From an uncultured Candidatus Saccharibacteria bacterium (GTDB lineage: Bacteria > Patescibacteriota > Minisyncoccia > Phycocordibacterales > PALSA-1337), in contig CAZGUZ010000002.1 in assembly GCA_964529025.1 (NCBI GenBank), positions 6,885 to 70,884 on the forward strand: 64,000 bases of DNA. The letters are read 5' to 3'. The position numbers and the translations under genes were made by a program. The notes beneath the pieces are model-generated. The model was given only the letters and a program-made list of their open reading frames with translations, did no database searches and was not told where the DNA came from. The stretch's first letter is position 1; the number at the start of each line of letters is the position of its first letter. Below, one piece after another: positions 20,457-32,500 of this stretch.

Positions 20457-23400
20457 TTATTTTTGTTCTGTAGTGCTGCCTGAAAAGTTTCCTGTTGATT
20501 TAATTTCGGTACCAGTGTTAATACGCAATATATACCAAGCTATAAGCCCAAGACCAAGTATTACAAATACAACAACAACGATTGTTAGAGCATGTGGATA
20601 CTGAACAGTAAAAGGAACCTTGGGTGGTACTGGCGCCATATACTCGGCATTAACTTTAACATCACCTAAATATGCTCGTACAACTTCTTGAGCCGAGATA
20701 AAACGTGCTAATTCTTGAGTGTCGTAGTTTGGAGCAAGTGCTCGTGGGTTTCCGTATACAAGTTCATAATTACCCGATACTGAGCCATCAAAAATCAAAG
20801 AACCGAGTGGTCCTTTTACACGCAATGTTTTACCAAAATCAAGTGGAGCACTATCGCCATTTGCAATAACTATTTTAATGTATCGAGCTACTACCGGAGA
20901 AAATTCAATAGTATTAATTGATCCTACAAATGTCTGGCTGCGGAGCGAATATAAACGGCCAACACCTGCCTGACTGTAGTCTTTTCCATCAACTGAAGTT
21001 AACACTGTTGCTTGGCGAGCAAAGTTACCTTCGCCCAAACTTACACCGATCTCAGAAACATTGTAGAGTCTACCAAGATCAGCAGTAACAACTGATGCTT
21101 TTGTCTTTGGATCAAGCGCCACAGTTTGTTCTACTGTATGAGTATATGTTCGAGGAATTACACTTTCTGCAGACGATTCGATTCTTACTCCATCAATTAT
21201 AAGTGCACCCTCAGTACCAGCAACAATCTCTATCTTAAGATAACGACTTGTCATCTTAGGAAGACTCACTGTTGTATATGCTTGTCGTACACCTCCAGAA
21301 ATATTTTCTTGGAAAGAATAAATATATCCTGCATCACTTACCAATCTCCACCCTGCACTATCTATACCCAGCTGAGCATCGGCAGCATATACCTTAACCT
21401 GTCGATTAAAATTATTATTGCGAACTTTGAGTGTTATACCCGAATAAACAGAATCTGTCCCGACATCAAGCAGAGCAAATGTATTTCCATCTCGAGAAGA
21501 TGTATTGAGAAGTTTTGCTTGTACTTCATCTGTTGCAAAAGTTGTTCGGTGCACAACTGCATACGAAACCTCTTCTATACCATTGCGTACAATACGAATT
21601 GATGAACCTTGTGGGTCTACACCAGTTACTGATTCAGGAATTACAACCTCAACAAAAGGTTGAGTGCTATTTGCTCCGTTATATTCAATATCTTGTGAAT
21701 ACTGCCACATTTGTGGCTCATATGCAGCCTGCGCAGCAGCTCCAAAGAGAGCTATACCGAGCACAAGAGCAGCTGTTGTTCCAATGAGGCGATCTTTGTA
21801 TTTTGCATATACGAATGATGCTATAAGAGCAAGTGCTCCAACACCAATTGTTGCCACTATTTTATAGATTGGACCGAGTGACCATACCCGAGCAATGACA
21901 AGAACCATGGTAAATACAAAGAGGACGAGGCCGAGTTTTCGTGGACCGGCAACTCGCTTTACAAAACCTACGAGCGTTAAGAATGCTGCATAAATTGCGT
22001 AGAAGATATAGATAATAGTATTTGCTGTATTACCAAGTTTCTCTGCAAGTTTATTGGCTTCTGCATAGGCCTCTTCTTGTACATTATCTGCACTTCTACC
22101 GCTATACATAAGTGCTGTTTGAGCTTGATTTGAAGCTCTATCATATGCAGCACTTGCCAAATATGAGTAGAACTTAGTTACCTGTGAAGTTACCGTAAGC
22201 AAGAAGAATACGTTTGCCACAACAAAGAATATGGTAATACCTCGCTTTTGTATTTCTTTTGTAATGCTTCCGCTGCGATAGTAAATGAAAGCAATAATAC
22301 CAGCAATGACAGTTGTGAGCATCATCGCAAAGAATCCTGTATTGAGGATTGGAACAAACGGTTTTGATGGATTAAACAATGTCCATTCATTAATGAGGAT
22401 AGAGCCGGCTCCAAGTGCAAATACAATTGCTCCCATAACCTGGAATCCACGATCTTGAATACGTGAAGCAAGATAGTACAAAACAAGAGATTCAATAACC
22501 CAAGCTACGCCGACCCAAACACCATCAAACTGCAATTGCACAGCAACAGTAAGGAATGTTGCCATAATTCCTGCCATAACAATTGATACATACACCTTTC
22601 CTTGAGTTACGGTGTGTGCAATATATGCTGCAATTCCAGCATGAAGAGCTCCGAGTACCGCACCAATTCCAAGGTAATCAGAATATTCTTCTACAAACAA
22701 GATGTACATAGTGACTGCCCCAAAGAAATAAGCGAGCGTTGCTAGAACAATACCTGTTTTATCATACTCACTTTGTGCCCGATTCATGAGTGCAATTCCC
22801 ATTCCTACAAACATTGTTGTCCAAAGGAGTGCAAATACAGCAACAATTGCCAACAGAGTATTACTGTACTCAGTTACATACCAAGAACTAAATGCAAGAG
22901 CAATGCCAATTGCGGGTAAATATGCCAAGTATGTCCAACCCCTTCTCAAAATAACTGCGGAAATTCCAATTGCCGCAATCGTAATGTATGCTGCCACACC
23001 AATGAAACTCGTAGTCTGAAGATCGAAAATAAGTGGAGCAAGGAAAGCGCCAATACTTGCAATGACAAGGAGTGATTGTGCTCGTAGAACCGTACTTACA
23101 ATACATACTACCGCTGTAATTACAATGAATCCCGCATAGGCGGCCGACATTGGAATAAGCTGATAAAAATCATAGGCTGCATACACTGAAAAATACAGTA
23201 TTGTTGCACCTCCACCCATAAGTACCGCTCCATATTCTTGATACTTTGCATACAAGTAATGACCTAGAGCAAATATACCCGCTCCACCAACTAAACCAAG
23301 CATGATTCTTCCTGCTTCGCCAATCCAATTATTATCAAAAGCATATTTCAAGAAGAATATAGCACCGAGCACAACTGCGCCAATACCGATTCTACCCAAA

Positions 23401-23762
23401 ATAACTCCAGCCGATTCTTCTTTATGAACTTCTACTTGTTGCGCCTGTGGTTGCGGTGCAGCAGTATTTGCATATGGAGCATAAGAAGCGTGTGGATTAT
23501 AACCACTTGCTGTTTTAGGAGCAATTGGAGGAATGAGTGGATCAGGCCTTACTGCACTTGGTGTTGGCTGTGCAGTATTTGACGAAGACTGAACAGTATT
23601 TGTCTGTGTATTTACCTGCACAGTTTGTTCCGGCATCTGCCGAGAAGTCTGATTTAAACGCTCAAAAGCGCGAACATCTTTTTCAAGAATAGTAATTCTG
23701 TGCGATTGTCGCATAAGAGCGATAATGAAAACTACACCTCCAATCAAAAAAATAAAATCCAT
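20457..23762 (-). CDS. DUF2339-like polytopic membrane protein fused to DUF3999-like extracellular domain
   Basis: N-half: FFLKYAFDNNWIGEAGRI and many TMs; C-half soluble with IANGDSAPL and LVYGNPRALAPNYD, C-terminal TM. Confidence 0.75.
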   Translation of the reverse strand: MDFIFLIGGVVFIIALMRQSHRITILEKDVRAFERLNQTSRQMPEQTVQVNTQTNTVQSSSNTAQPTPSAVRPDPLIPPIAPKTASGYNPHASYAPYANTAAPQPQAQQVEVHKEESAGVILGRIGIGAVVLGAIFFLKYAFDNNWIGEAGRIMLGLVGGAGIFALGHYLYAKYQEYGAVLMGGGATILYFSVYAAYDFYQLIPMSAAYAGFIVITAVVCIVSTVLRAQSLLVIASIGAFLAPLIFDLQTTSFIGVAAYITIAAIGISAVILRRGWTYLAYLPAIGIALAFSSWYVTEYSNTLLAIVAVFALLWTTMFVGMGIALMNRAQSEYDKTGIVLATLAYFFGAVTMYILFVEEYSDYLGIGAVLGALHAGIAAYIAHTVTQGKVYVSIVMAGIMATFLTVAVQLQFDGVWVGVAWVIESLVLYYLASRIQDRGFQVMGAIVFALGAGSILINEWTLFNPSKPFVPILNTGFFAMMLTTVIAGIIAFIYYRSGSITKEIQKRGITIFFVVANVFFLLTVTSQVTKFYSYLASAAYDRASNQAQTALMYSGRSADNVQEEAYAEANKLAEKLGNTANTIIYIFYAIYAAFLTLVGFVKRVAGPRKLGLVLFVFTMVLVIARVWSLGPIYKIVATIGVGALALIASFVYAKYKDRLIGTTAALVLGIALFGAAAQAAYEPQMWQYSQDIEYNGANSTQPFVEVVIPESVTGVDPQGSSIRIVRNGIEEVSYAVVHRTTFATDEVQAKLLNTSSRDGNTFALLDVGTDSVYSGITLKVRNNNFNRQVKVYAADAQLGIDSAGWRLVSDAGYIYSFQENISGGVRQAYTTVSLPKMTSRYLKIEIVAGTEGALIIDGVRIESSAESVIPRTYTHTVEQTVALDPKTKASVVTADLGRLYNVSEIGVSLGEGNFARQATVLTSVDGKDYSQAGVGRLYSLRSQTFVGSINTIEFSPVVARYIKIVIANGDSAPLDFGKTLRVKGPLGSLIFDGSVSGNYELVYGNPRALAPNYDTQELARFISAQEVVRAYLGDVKVNAEYMAPVPPKVPFTVQYPHALTIVVVVFVILGLGLIAWYILRINTGTEIKSTGNFSGSTTEQK

Positions 23763-23765
23763 AAA

Positions 23766-24386
23766 TTACTTTTTAAAGCTATTATTAACCACTTGATACA
23801 CCTTTGAAACTTTAACTGTTGGCTCTGCTGTAAAAGGTTCACTCGGCTTTCGATCAAGAGTCGAGACTTGTATTGCATACTCCGAACCCTTTTCCATAAT
23901 TGGTGCCGCTACAGCTACCGTTATATTGTCGAGCTGCACTCGATCACCTAAAAATACATAGTCTTTCTGTACAAATCCTTGTTGAGTGTCGTTAAAACGA
24001 ACTATATATAAGAATGAACCTGAACCACCACCATTTACCACAAGTGGAACAAGAACATCTTTTCGTACAACTGTATTGTTTGCATCATACACAGGTGCCT
24101 CGATCACGGGGTCGCCCACTGCAACTGCTCCAGTTGTGGTATAAGCAACTCCATCTTCTGCTGGGATAGAAAATTCTGCTTGGCCAGAACTCAAAGTAAC
24201 CGCTACATCAAATTCAGGCACCTTAATACTCTGCTCTGCAATACGCTCATGGATTGTACCTTCAGTAGTATTAGTTGGACTACCGGTATTGGTATTCCAC
24301 AAGCCAAACATTAATGGTAATGCTGAAAGTATTCCAAGTGCAATAATAAGAGCACCAAAAACAAGGGTTGTATGAAATCTATTCAT
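23766..24386 (-). CDS. Hypothetical membrane-anchored protein
   Basis: N-terminal TM; NGGGSGSFLY...LGDRV motif; start at ATG 24386 after TATAAT. Confidence 0.75.
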   Translation of the reverse strand: MNRFHTTLVFGALIIALGILSALPLMFGLWNTNTGSPTNTTEGTIHERIAEQSIKVPEFDVAVTLSSGQAEFSIPAEDGVAYTTTGAVAVGDPVIEAPVYDANNTVVRKDVLVPLVVNGGGSGSFLYIVRFNDTQQGFVQKDYVFLGDRVQLDNITVAVAAPIMEKGSEYAIQVSTLDRKPSEPFTAEPTVKVSKVYQVVNNSFKK

Positions 24387-24404
24387 ACGTATATTATACC
24401 CCAA

Positions 24405-25685
24405 TTATCGAGTCATGCGCACACGAGTTATGTCTCGAGGATATAAGAAGTCCAAAGCCCATTCAGCACCAATTCTGAGGCGCTTTCTGAGTGAGGCAAA
24501 TTTAAATAAATAAACCGTACGCCAGATTATCCAAGCAATAAAACCGCTGATAGTTATACCCATAATTTGACCAACTGCATCATAGGTACCAAGTGAAACA
24601 AGTACCCCTGGCGAAGAAAACTTAAAGTCTTTGAAATCAGTTCGTAGAGTTTTGCGCACATCAGGATGAAGCGTATGTGCATTCTTCATTACAAGATCCT
24701 TAATATTATGTGCGATTGTTGTAGCTTGTCGTACTGCTACTTGTGCCATCATTGGATCTGGTTTTTTGGTCGCTGCAACATCACCCAAAGCAAAGATATC
24801 GTAAATACCATCTACTTCGAGCGTGGGCTTTATGAGGATTCTACCTGATTTTGCAAACTGAGCGCCTTCAATATGCATTTTAACCGGCTTAACACCAGCA
24901 ACCCACAGTGTGAGCGCAGAGTGAATTGCTGTACCGTCGCCAAATTCCACATGATCATGAGTTACATTAGTAACCGTCGTTCCTAAATACACATTAACGC
25001 CTTTGTTTTGCAATCTTATAAGTGCAGCTTTGCGCACAGATGGATCACATTGTGCTAAAAGGTCAGGTGCAGCAGATACTAAATTAATTGTAATCTGATC
25101 TTTAGATATTCCTGTATTTTTATAGTAAGCGCACAATGTTTCGCGTACAAAATCAGAAAGCTCACCTGCCATTTCTACTCCTGTAGGACCACCTCCAATA
25201 ATACTAAAAGAAAGGTGCGCTGCGCGCGAAGCATGATTGTGTGACTGAGCAGCCTTTTCGCATTGATCAATAATTGCCGAGCGAATGTTAATAGCGTCTT
25301 CGAGACCCTTAAGAGTGAGCCCGAACTGCTCTGCTCCAGGAGTTCCATAAAATTGGGTTTCGGCACCAACAGAAACAACGCAATAATCATAACTAAAGTT
25401 ACCCAATCGAGTTTCTACAACTTTAGCAATTGAATTTACACCCATCACCTCGGTCTCTACAACATGAACATCCTCGCTTGCAAAAATCGTTCGCAATGGC
25501 TCTACAACAGAATACGGCGACAAACCCCCAGTCGCAACCTCATGGAGTAAAGGAGTAAAAACAAAATAATTGGTACGATTGATAATGGTAAGCTTAATGT
25601 GCTTACTGCGAACCAAAGGCAGAAGTTTTCGAGCGGTATATACACCACCAAAACCAGCCCCGACAATAATAACGTGTGCAGACAT
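24405..25685 (-). CDS. ndh: Type II NADH dehydrogenase-like FAD oxidoreductase
   Basis: IVGAGFGG, FTPLLHEVATG, IIGGGPTGVEMAGE, FALGD, AQVAVRQ. Confidence 0.88.
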   Translation of the reverse strand: MSAHVIIVGAGFGGVYTARKLLPLVRSKHIKLTIINRTNYFVFTPLLHEVATGGLSPYSVVEPLRTIFASEDVHVVETEVMGVNSIAKVVETRLGNFSYDYCVVSVGAETQFYGTPGAEQFGLTLKGLEDAINIRSAIIDQCEKAAQSHNHASRAAHLSFSIIGGGPTGVEMAGELSDFVRETLCAYYKNTGISKDQITINLVSAAPDLLAQCDPSVRKAALIRLQNKGVNVYLGTTVTNVTHDHVEFGDGTAIHSALTLWVAGVKPVKMHIEGAQFAKSGRILIKPTLEVDGIYDIFALGDVAATKKPDPMMAQVAVRQATTIAHNIKDLVMKNAHTLHPDVRKTLRTDFKDFKFSSPGVLVSLGTYDAVGQIMGITISGFIAWIIWRTVYLFKFASLRKRLRIGAEWALDFLYPRDITRVRMTR

Positions 25686-25708
25686 ACCTATAGTATACAC
25701 CAAGAGTT

Positions 25709-26275
25709 TTAGTACTTACGTATTACACCCTTAACAACTGCCCCAATGCGCAAATCATGCTCTGGGTAAATTGGTTTATAGTTTTTATTTGCAGGTTCAA
25801 GCCAAATGCGACCAGATTTTTTTCGTAAATATTTCATTGTCCAACCACCATCGACTTCGGCAATGACGATGTCACCATCTTTAGGTTCGCCTTTACGCTC
25901 TGCCACAACTAAATCACCTTCATGTATGCCGGCTTCTATCATACTGTCACCCTTAACTTCAAGAACGTAGGTTTTTTCGGGATCACGGACTAAATACTCA
26001 TCAAAGCTAATAGTATCGAGTACGGCTTCTTCGGCAATAGTTGGCATGCCGGCTTCGACAAGACCGAGAAGTGGAACTTCGTTCATGAGGCGTACAGGTA
26101 AAAGTCTGCCTGAAGAGTCTTTTTCGAGCACTCCTTGCTCTATAAGCTTATGAACAATTTTTGAAACCGCATTCTTTGATTTTAATCCAATGAGGGTAGC
26201 AATTTCTTGGTAACTTGGCATGCGCTTTTCCCTCTTGTAAAAACCAAATATTGCATTTTTGTAATCTGAAATCAT
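25709..26275 (-). CDS. lexA: LexA-family repressor (S24 autopeptidase)
   Basis: N-terminal HTH (MPSYQEIA); VEAG cleavage site; GDSM Ser and TMKY Lys dyad. Confidence 0.9.
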   Translation of the reverse strand: MISDYKNAIFGFYKREKRMPSYQEIATLIGLKSKNAVSKIVHKLIEQGVLEKDSSGRLLPVRLMNEVPLLGLVEAGMPTIAEEAVLDTISFDEYLVRDPEKTYVLEVKGDSMIEAGIHEGDLVVAERKGEPKDGDIVIAEVDGGWTMKYLRKKSGRIWLEPANKNYKPIYPEHDLRIGAVVKGVIRKY

Positions 26276-26276
26276 A

Positions 26277-26504
26277 CTAGAACATAAATGATGTTAGTGC
26301 CCCTGCAAAGCGAGCAAAGAAACTCTGTGTCTGAATTGGTCGAACTTTTGGTCGACTTGATAGATTTGAGAGCTGAGCCACAAGGAAGCGGTGTCGGCGA
26401 GCTTCATTTTTATAAGGGAGACCGCGTATAATCTTGAGGTCAATCACATCATTGAGATTGTTGATTTCACGCTGAATTTCTTGAATCAAAGTTGTTTTGC
26501 TCAT
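26277..26504 (-). CDS. Small hypothetical protein, first gene of lexA operon
   Basis: 75-aa ORF whose stop is 1 nt from the lexA start; promoter directly upstream. Confidence 0.75.
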   Translation of the reverse strand: MSKTTLIQEIQREINNLNDVIDLKIIRGLPYKNEARRHRFLVAQLSNLSSRPKVRPIQTQSFFARFAGALTSFMF

Positions 26505-26530
26505 ATGTTGTATTGAATTACTATGTATAT

Positions 26531-26559
26531 AGTATAGGTGAACGACTGTTCACCGTCAA
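26531..26559 (-). promoter_or_regulatory. Sigma70 promoter with palindromic LexA operator in the spacer
   Basis: Minus strand TTGACG-gtgaacagtcgttcacc(17)-TATACT; palindrome GGTGAAC-GACT-GTTCACC at 26537-26554. Confidence 0.85.
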
Positions 26560-26596
26560 TAAACAATGTGGACAACAACCATTCTAGAACACACTC

Positions 26597-29500
26597 TTAT
26601 CGTGAATTCAATATCTTGCGAGTATTTACTCCGACATATCCTCGCTGATCCAAACCATTTTTCTTTTGGAGTTCAATAACTGCTGCTTTAGTTTTTTCTC
26701 CATAATATCCAGTTACAGGACCTGCATAAACACCGAGTTCAATGAGTCGCTTTTGAAGCTCTTCTACTTCAGAATTCTCCATGCCGAATTCCAAAAAGTT
26801 TTTAAACTCAAATCGAGCACTCTGCTGTGGAATTTGCGGAACCACTTGTGGCACAGTCTGGGACTCAATGTTTTGAGGTGCTGGTACTGAAACTGGGTTA
26901 GAATCTCCTGAAATAATAGTATTGAGCAATTCGCGAGTTAATGGACCAACTGTACCTACACTTGGTAAGCCGTATTGCTTTTGCAATTCCCGTACACCGG
27001 CCAGAGTTTTTATTCCAAAGAATCCTGTTGGTGGCACATCTATCATTCCCCTTTCAAAAAGAATTGCTTGAAGCTGTCGAACTTCGGTACCGATAGAACC
27101 AACACTAAGTTGTTGTGTGAATGTTCGTGGATTATTAGATGATATTCCCTGAGAAGAATTTTGCTGACTTGTATTTGGTAGCACAGTTACAGCTGGGGTC
27201 TGCACTGATGCTGGAGTTCTTCCTACATACGTTCTACTTGATCCGCCACCGCGACGCGAAGATCTCGCGGTTGGCGTGGCTGGCGCTTCTACGGCTGGTG
27301 CAATTTGTGTTGTAAATGTCTCAATTGAAGACGTAGCTTCATTCGCATATGCATCTAAGCTTAATACTCGATAGTAGTATGTTGTACTTGCAATAAGACT
27401 CGACAAAGTTACGCTATGTGATGTCACCAACGAAGAGCCAAGTGTCGACAAAGAACCTAGACTTAATGTTGTTCCGTATTCAACCTGCGAATCCGAAGCC
27501 TCATCAGTCGTCCAAGTAATGAGAGCAGCTGTCGAACTCGTACTTGTCGCATTAACACTACTTATAATTGGACTCGTAAGATCTGCCGTAAGGTTTAATA
27601 GTGTCGAGACGGTGTTGGCATTTCCTGCTAAATCTGTATATGTAGTTGTGCCTAGGACAAGATTCATTGCACCTTGTGCAACCGGTGCCACATTAAATGT
27701 GTACACACTTTGAGAAGTTGTAGCAAATGACCCCACAGTTCCGTTTGTCACTGAGATATCATGTATTCCAAAAGTATATATATCACTTACACCCGTAACA
27801 GTGACAGTTGTTCCCGAAGATCCAACGGTACTCTGCCCAGCAGTAAGAGCAGCAGTTGGAGCTGTAGTATCAACAGTAACTGTTGTTGCACTTGAAGTTG
27901 CACTATAATCTGATCCAACTTGTTGCACTGCCGAAATTGCATAACTACCATCAGATAATGCTGATGAAGTAATTGTCCAAGTACCACCAGATTCTGAAGC
28001 AGAGCCAATGAGCGTACTACCCCCTTGATACAAATAGACCGTTGCAGAGGTTGATGCTGTACCCGTAAATGTTGGAGTCGTATCATTTGTAACTCGGTCA
28101 GAATTTGAAACCCCGGAATCAGAGGCCGAAGAAAGTGTCGGTGCAGCAAGTGTAGCTACAATTGCTTGAGTAGATGTTCCAGCGAGCGTTGTAATTGTTG
28201 TTCCACTTGATGTTGCAGTATTACCTGATGCATCCACTGAGACCACTCGGACATAGTACAAAGTACTTGTTGCAAGATCACCCACGGTAATATCATGCGA
28301 CGTGACCAAAGAAGGATTAAGTGCGGAAAGTGTTCCATAGCTCAAAGTTGTACCGTACTCCACTCGAGATGTAGCAGCCTCATCAGTTGTCCATGTAACT
28401 CTAATATTTGTTGTTGCTGTACTTGTAGCAGAAAGACTTGAGACAACTGGCGGTGTCGTATCAGCAACCTCACCCGTACCCACTACTGCCGAGTTTGTTG
28501 TTCCTGAACCTGTAACTGTCTGCACCTTGTAGAAATATTGTTGGCCAGTCTGAACATCGAAAGTGTCAACAAAACTTTCAGTGGTTGAGCTTAAATATTC
28601 AGAAACTACATTCTGCGTAAATATATTATTTGTTGCGCGCACTAAATACACATCGGCAGAAGTTGGCTCATTATTGTCCCATGTAACTGTCACAGTATTA
28701 CCCACTCGATTCACCGCAACATTAGTTGCAGCATCTGGACCATCGGTTGTTGGGAATTCAGTATCAAGATCCCAACTTGATTTCCATGGAATAGTCATAA
28801 TGGTACCTGTACCCATAGTAATTGGTAGCCAAACATGACGAGAACCGTACAATGAACCATTGTTTACATCGGTATAATTAAATCTATCTCCCATATAGAT
28901 ATAACTTCCTGCTCGGCCTGGAATTTCAAGAATATGTGTTGTCTGTGATCTAAAAGCAAGTGTATAGTCTTCTTCTGCACTTGGAAGGAATGGGTTAACA
29001 CGAGTTGACCATGTGCCAAGTACACCAGTTGTCGATGTTGCATACGTGTTCATGTTTGGAGCCCAACCTGAAAGTCCCGAGGTCACCAAATAGTGAATAC
29101 CGTTTCTGATAAACATAGCTGGGGCTTCGCGACCATTGTGGTTAGCTGGGTTTAAGAATGTTTCTGTAGTACCAAGATAATCATCGGTGAGCAAAGAGAT
29201 AAAGAACTTTGTATTGATACCGTTTGAATAAAGCACATATGCTTTACCATCAGCATCCTTAAAGAGGTTCATGTCGTTGAGACCTTCTCCATTTGGATTG
29301 TATGTTGTAGAAAAAATGGTAAATGGACCCGTTGGATTATCTCCGTATGCAATAAAAGCTCGAGAGTTTGGATAACTAATCACATTGTGACCCCACATAA
29401 CATACTTACTTGTTGTGGCATTGTAAATCACGTGTGGTCGCTCAATAATATGCAATCGTCCTCCGTAAACAATTGGTTGTTCTTCGGTCCAGTTCAAAAG

Positions 29501-32500
29501 ATCGTTTGATGAATATACCGAAACGCCCACAGCTTCGATTTCTGGACTATCAGTATTCATAATTTGACCGTACCAATAGTACTTACCGCGTGTGTACAAA
29601 ATGTTTCCATCGTGTGACTCGATAAGGCGACTGTTCATGTCGTACCAATCACCCGCTGGGAAAAATCTTCGCTCAATAGAAATTCGAGCAGTCACTGAAG
29701 GTTCAGACACAAAGTAGTCCCCACCAACATTACTTACAGCAATAGCAATAACTTGTGTTGTTGTAGCGACTCTAAAGGGACCTGTATACAATTGCGTTGT
29801 ACCTTGTGGCATTCCACCACTAAACACCGGTGTTGTACCATCGGTTGTGTAGTACAAAGTTGCATCAGTTGTTCGACTCGATAGTCGTACACGAATTGGG
29901 TCACGATAATATCCTCCTCCTGGAGAAACTCGTGGTGCTACAGGAATAAACGGTGACGATGTTCCTGCAAGACCGATGATTTTAAATTCTGCAAGGTTTG
30001 CACTTGAATAGTCAGCGGCAACTAATCGTAGATAACGGTAAGCCTGGCCGCCACTATCAACAGGAACTTCTGTCACATGACGCTGTGGAAAGTATGGTGG
30101 TGTATATGGTGTTGTACTTGCAACCGTATGAATAACTGTCCAAGGACCAGTCGTTGAACTTACGTTAGATCCTTGAAGCTGAACTCCATATACTCGGGCT
30201 GTATATCCACGACGTGGAGCTAAGCCAATTGCTGTAGGAATAAATGCTGCTTTGGCGTCAACGCTGGCATAAGCACCAGAAACTGTTGCAGAGTCCCACC
30301 ATGTTTCAACATTGTTATCGTAGAGCTTTGCATAGGTGTTTCCACTGTTAAGATAACTTCCTGCGGTTCCGTTTTGATATGCGGGGTGAACATATAACTG
30401 AACCTCTCCATCAACATCAGCCAAAGGACATGCTGCTGTCGTAAATGAACGAGTTGTACCGTAGCGCGTACCGGCGACGTTTGTTGCATATGCACGATAG
30501 AAATATGTTGCTCCACATGCTAAATCACCTGTAACGGTCGTTGTTGCAAAGTCACCAACTCCAGACGTGCCTAAAATTGTTGATGTCGCGCCGAACGTTG
30601 TTGTGATACCGTATGCAATTCCTCGAGCTGTCGTACTTGCTCCACCATCAGATGTTACTGATCCTGCAAGTAATGCTCTAAAAGCATATACCGTTGTTGA
30701 GGCTAAAGTTGTTACTGTTGGTGCAACCGAGTTAAGTACAGTTACGTTAACTGCAGTCGATGTTGCTCTATTACCTGCAATATCTTGAACTGTGGCCGAA
30801 AGTGTGTGTGCGCCATCTGTTGTTGTGAGAGAGTTCCATGTAATTGAATATGGCGATGTTGTACCCGATGAACCAATAGGAGAACCATCGAGATTAAACT
30901 GAACTGACGTTACCCGAACATTGTCAGTTGATGTTGCTGTAAGTGTAACTGAACTGCCGACAAGTGTTGCCCCAGCAGCTGGAGCTGTCATAGTAACAGC
31001 TGGTGCAATTACATCCGCAAGAACTGTTATTGATGTTGTAGCCGAACTTAACGGGTCTGTAATAATTAAAGTTCCCGTTGCTGAACCAGCATACAATACA
31101 ATTGATGCTGATAAAGAGTCAGCAACACTTTGTGACTGAATTGCCGCACCGTTTCCACCAGTTACCGTAAATGTTGGTGTTCCAGGAGTTCCTGCTGTCC
31201 AACCCGTAGCATTACCTGTCAAAGAAATGCTGGATGTGGCACCTTGCATTATTGTTGTTGTGCTTGGCGTAATCGTAATAAGCGAGTTATTAACATTAAC
31301 CGTAATTGTAGTTGAGGCCACATTACTTGATGCATCTGTCGCAATGGCTTTAATGGTGTGTGTACCGTCTGAGTAACCTGTAGTATTCCACGTAACACTA
31401 TGGGGCGACGTTCCACCAGCACTGCCAACTTGCACCCCATCAACCTGAAGAACAATTGAGTTGAGCAAAACATCATCAGTTGATGAAGCTGTAATTGTTA
31501 CACTACTACCAAGAACTGTAGCATCCTGAAGTGGTGCTGTAATTTCTACCTGAGGAGCAGTTGTATCAGCAGAAAGTGAAAAATCGGCAGTTGCGGTATT
31601 TGATGTCGAAGAACCTGCCGCTGTTATTGTTCGAATTCGATAAAAATAACTTGTATCATTGGTGATATCTGGATCATTCAAAGATAATGTTGTTGAGCCA
31701 AGCAACAATGCTCGCAAATTTTGTGTAAAGTTTATATTTGTAGCTCGCTCAAGGTAGTTATCAAAGGCAGTACCGTTGGTGCTCCATGAAAGATCTACCG
31801 AGAGGCCATTTTTAACACCCACCAAACTTGAAACAGCCGTTGGTGGGGTCGCTGTAACGAAGAATGAATCGAGGTTCCAACTTGAATACCACGAAATAGA
31901 CATAGTATTTACTGTTGGAAACGTAATTGGCAGCCATACAAACCTTGAGTTATACAGTGAACCTGTTGCATATGCTGAGTTATCAAAGCGATCACCTATA
32001 TATACAAAACCATCTGTTCTACCTTCAACTTTAAGTACTTCACTTGGCTGTGAAGCAAAGCCGGTCGAATTATCAAAAAGACTACTACTCTGAAATGGAT
32101 TCACTGGATACGAGTACGTACCGAGTGGGGACGAAGACGTCGAGTACTTTACTAGTGTATGTGCAAAAGTTGCACTGGTACTTGCTGTCATCAAATAATA
32201 CACATCACCGTACCTAAACATTACCGGCGTTGCTCTGTTTGCAAGCGCGGCCACGTTAACAAAACTACCTTGAGGCGACAAATAGTCGCTGCTCAATTGA
32301 GCAACAACGATACGTGTTGTGTCCGAAGAAGCATGAGCAACGTAACCGGTTCCGTTATTATCTACAAACAAGTCGAGATCGTTATTTCCAAAGCCACTAA
32401 TATCAAGGCGTGTATTATAAACCCTGAAAGGACCGTACGGTTTTGACGATGTGGCAACCATAGCTCTACCCGCAGAAGCATTTCGAGCCCACATAACATA

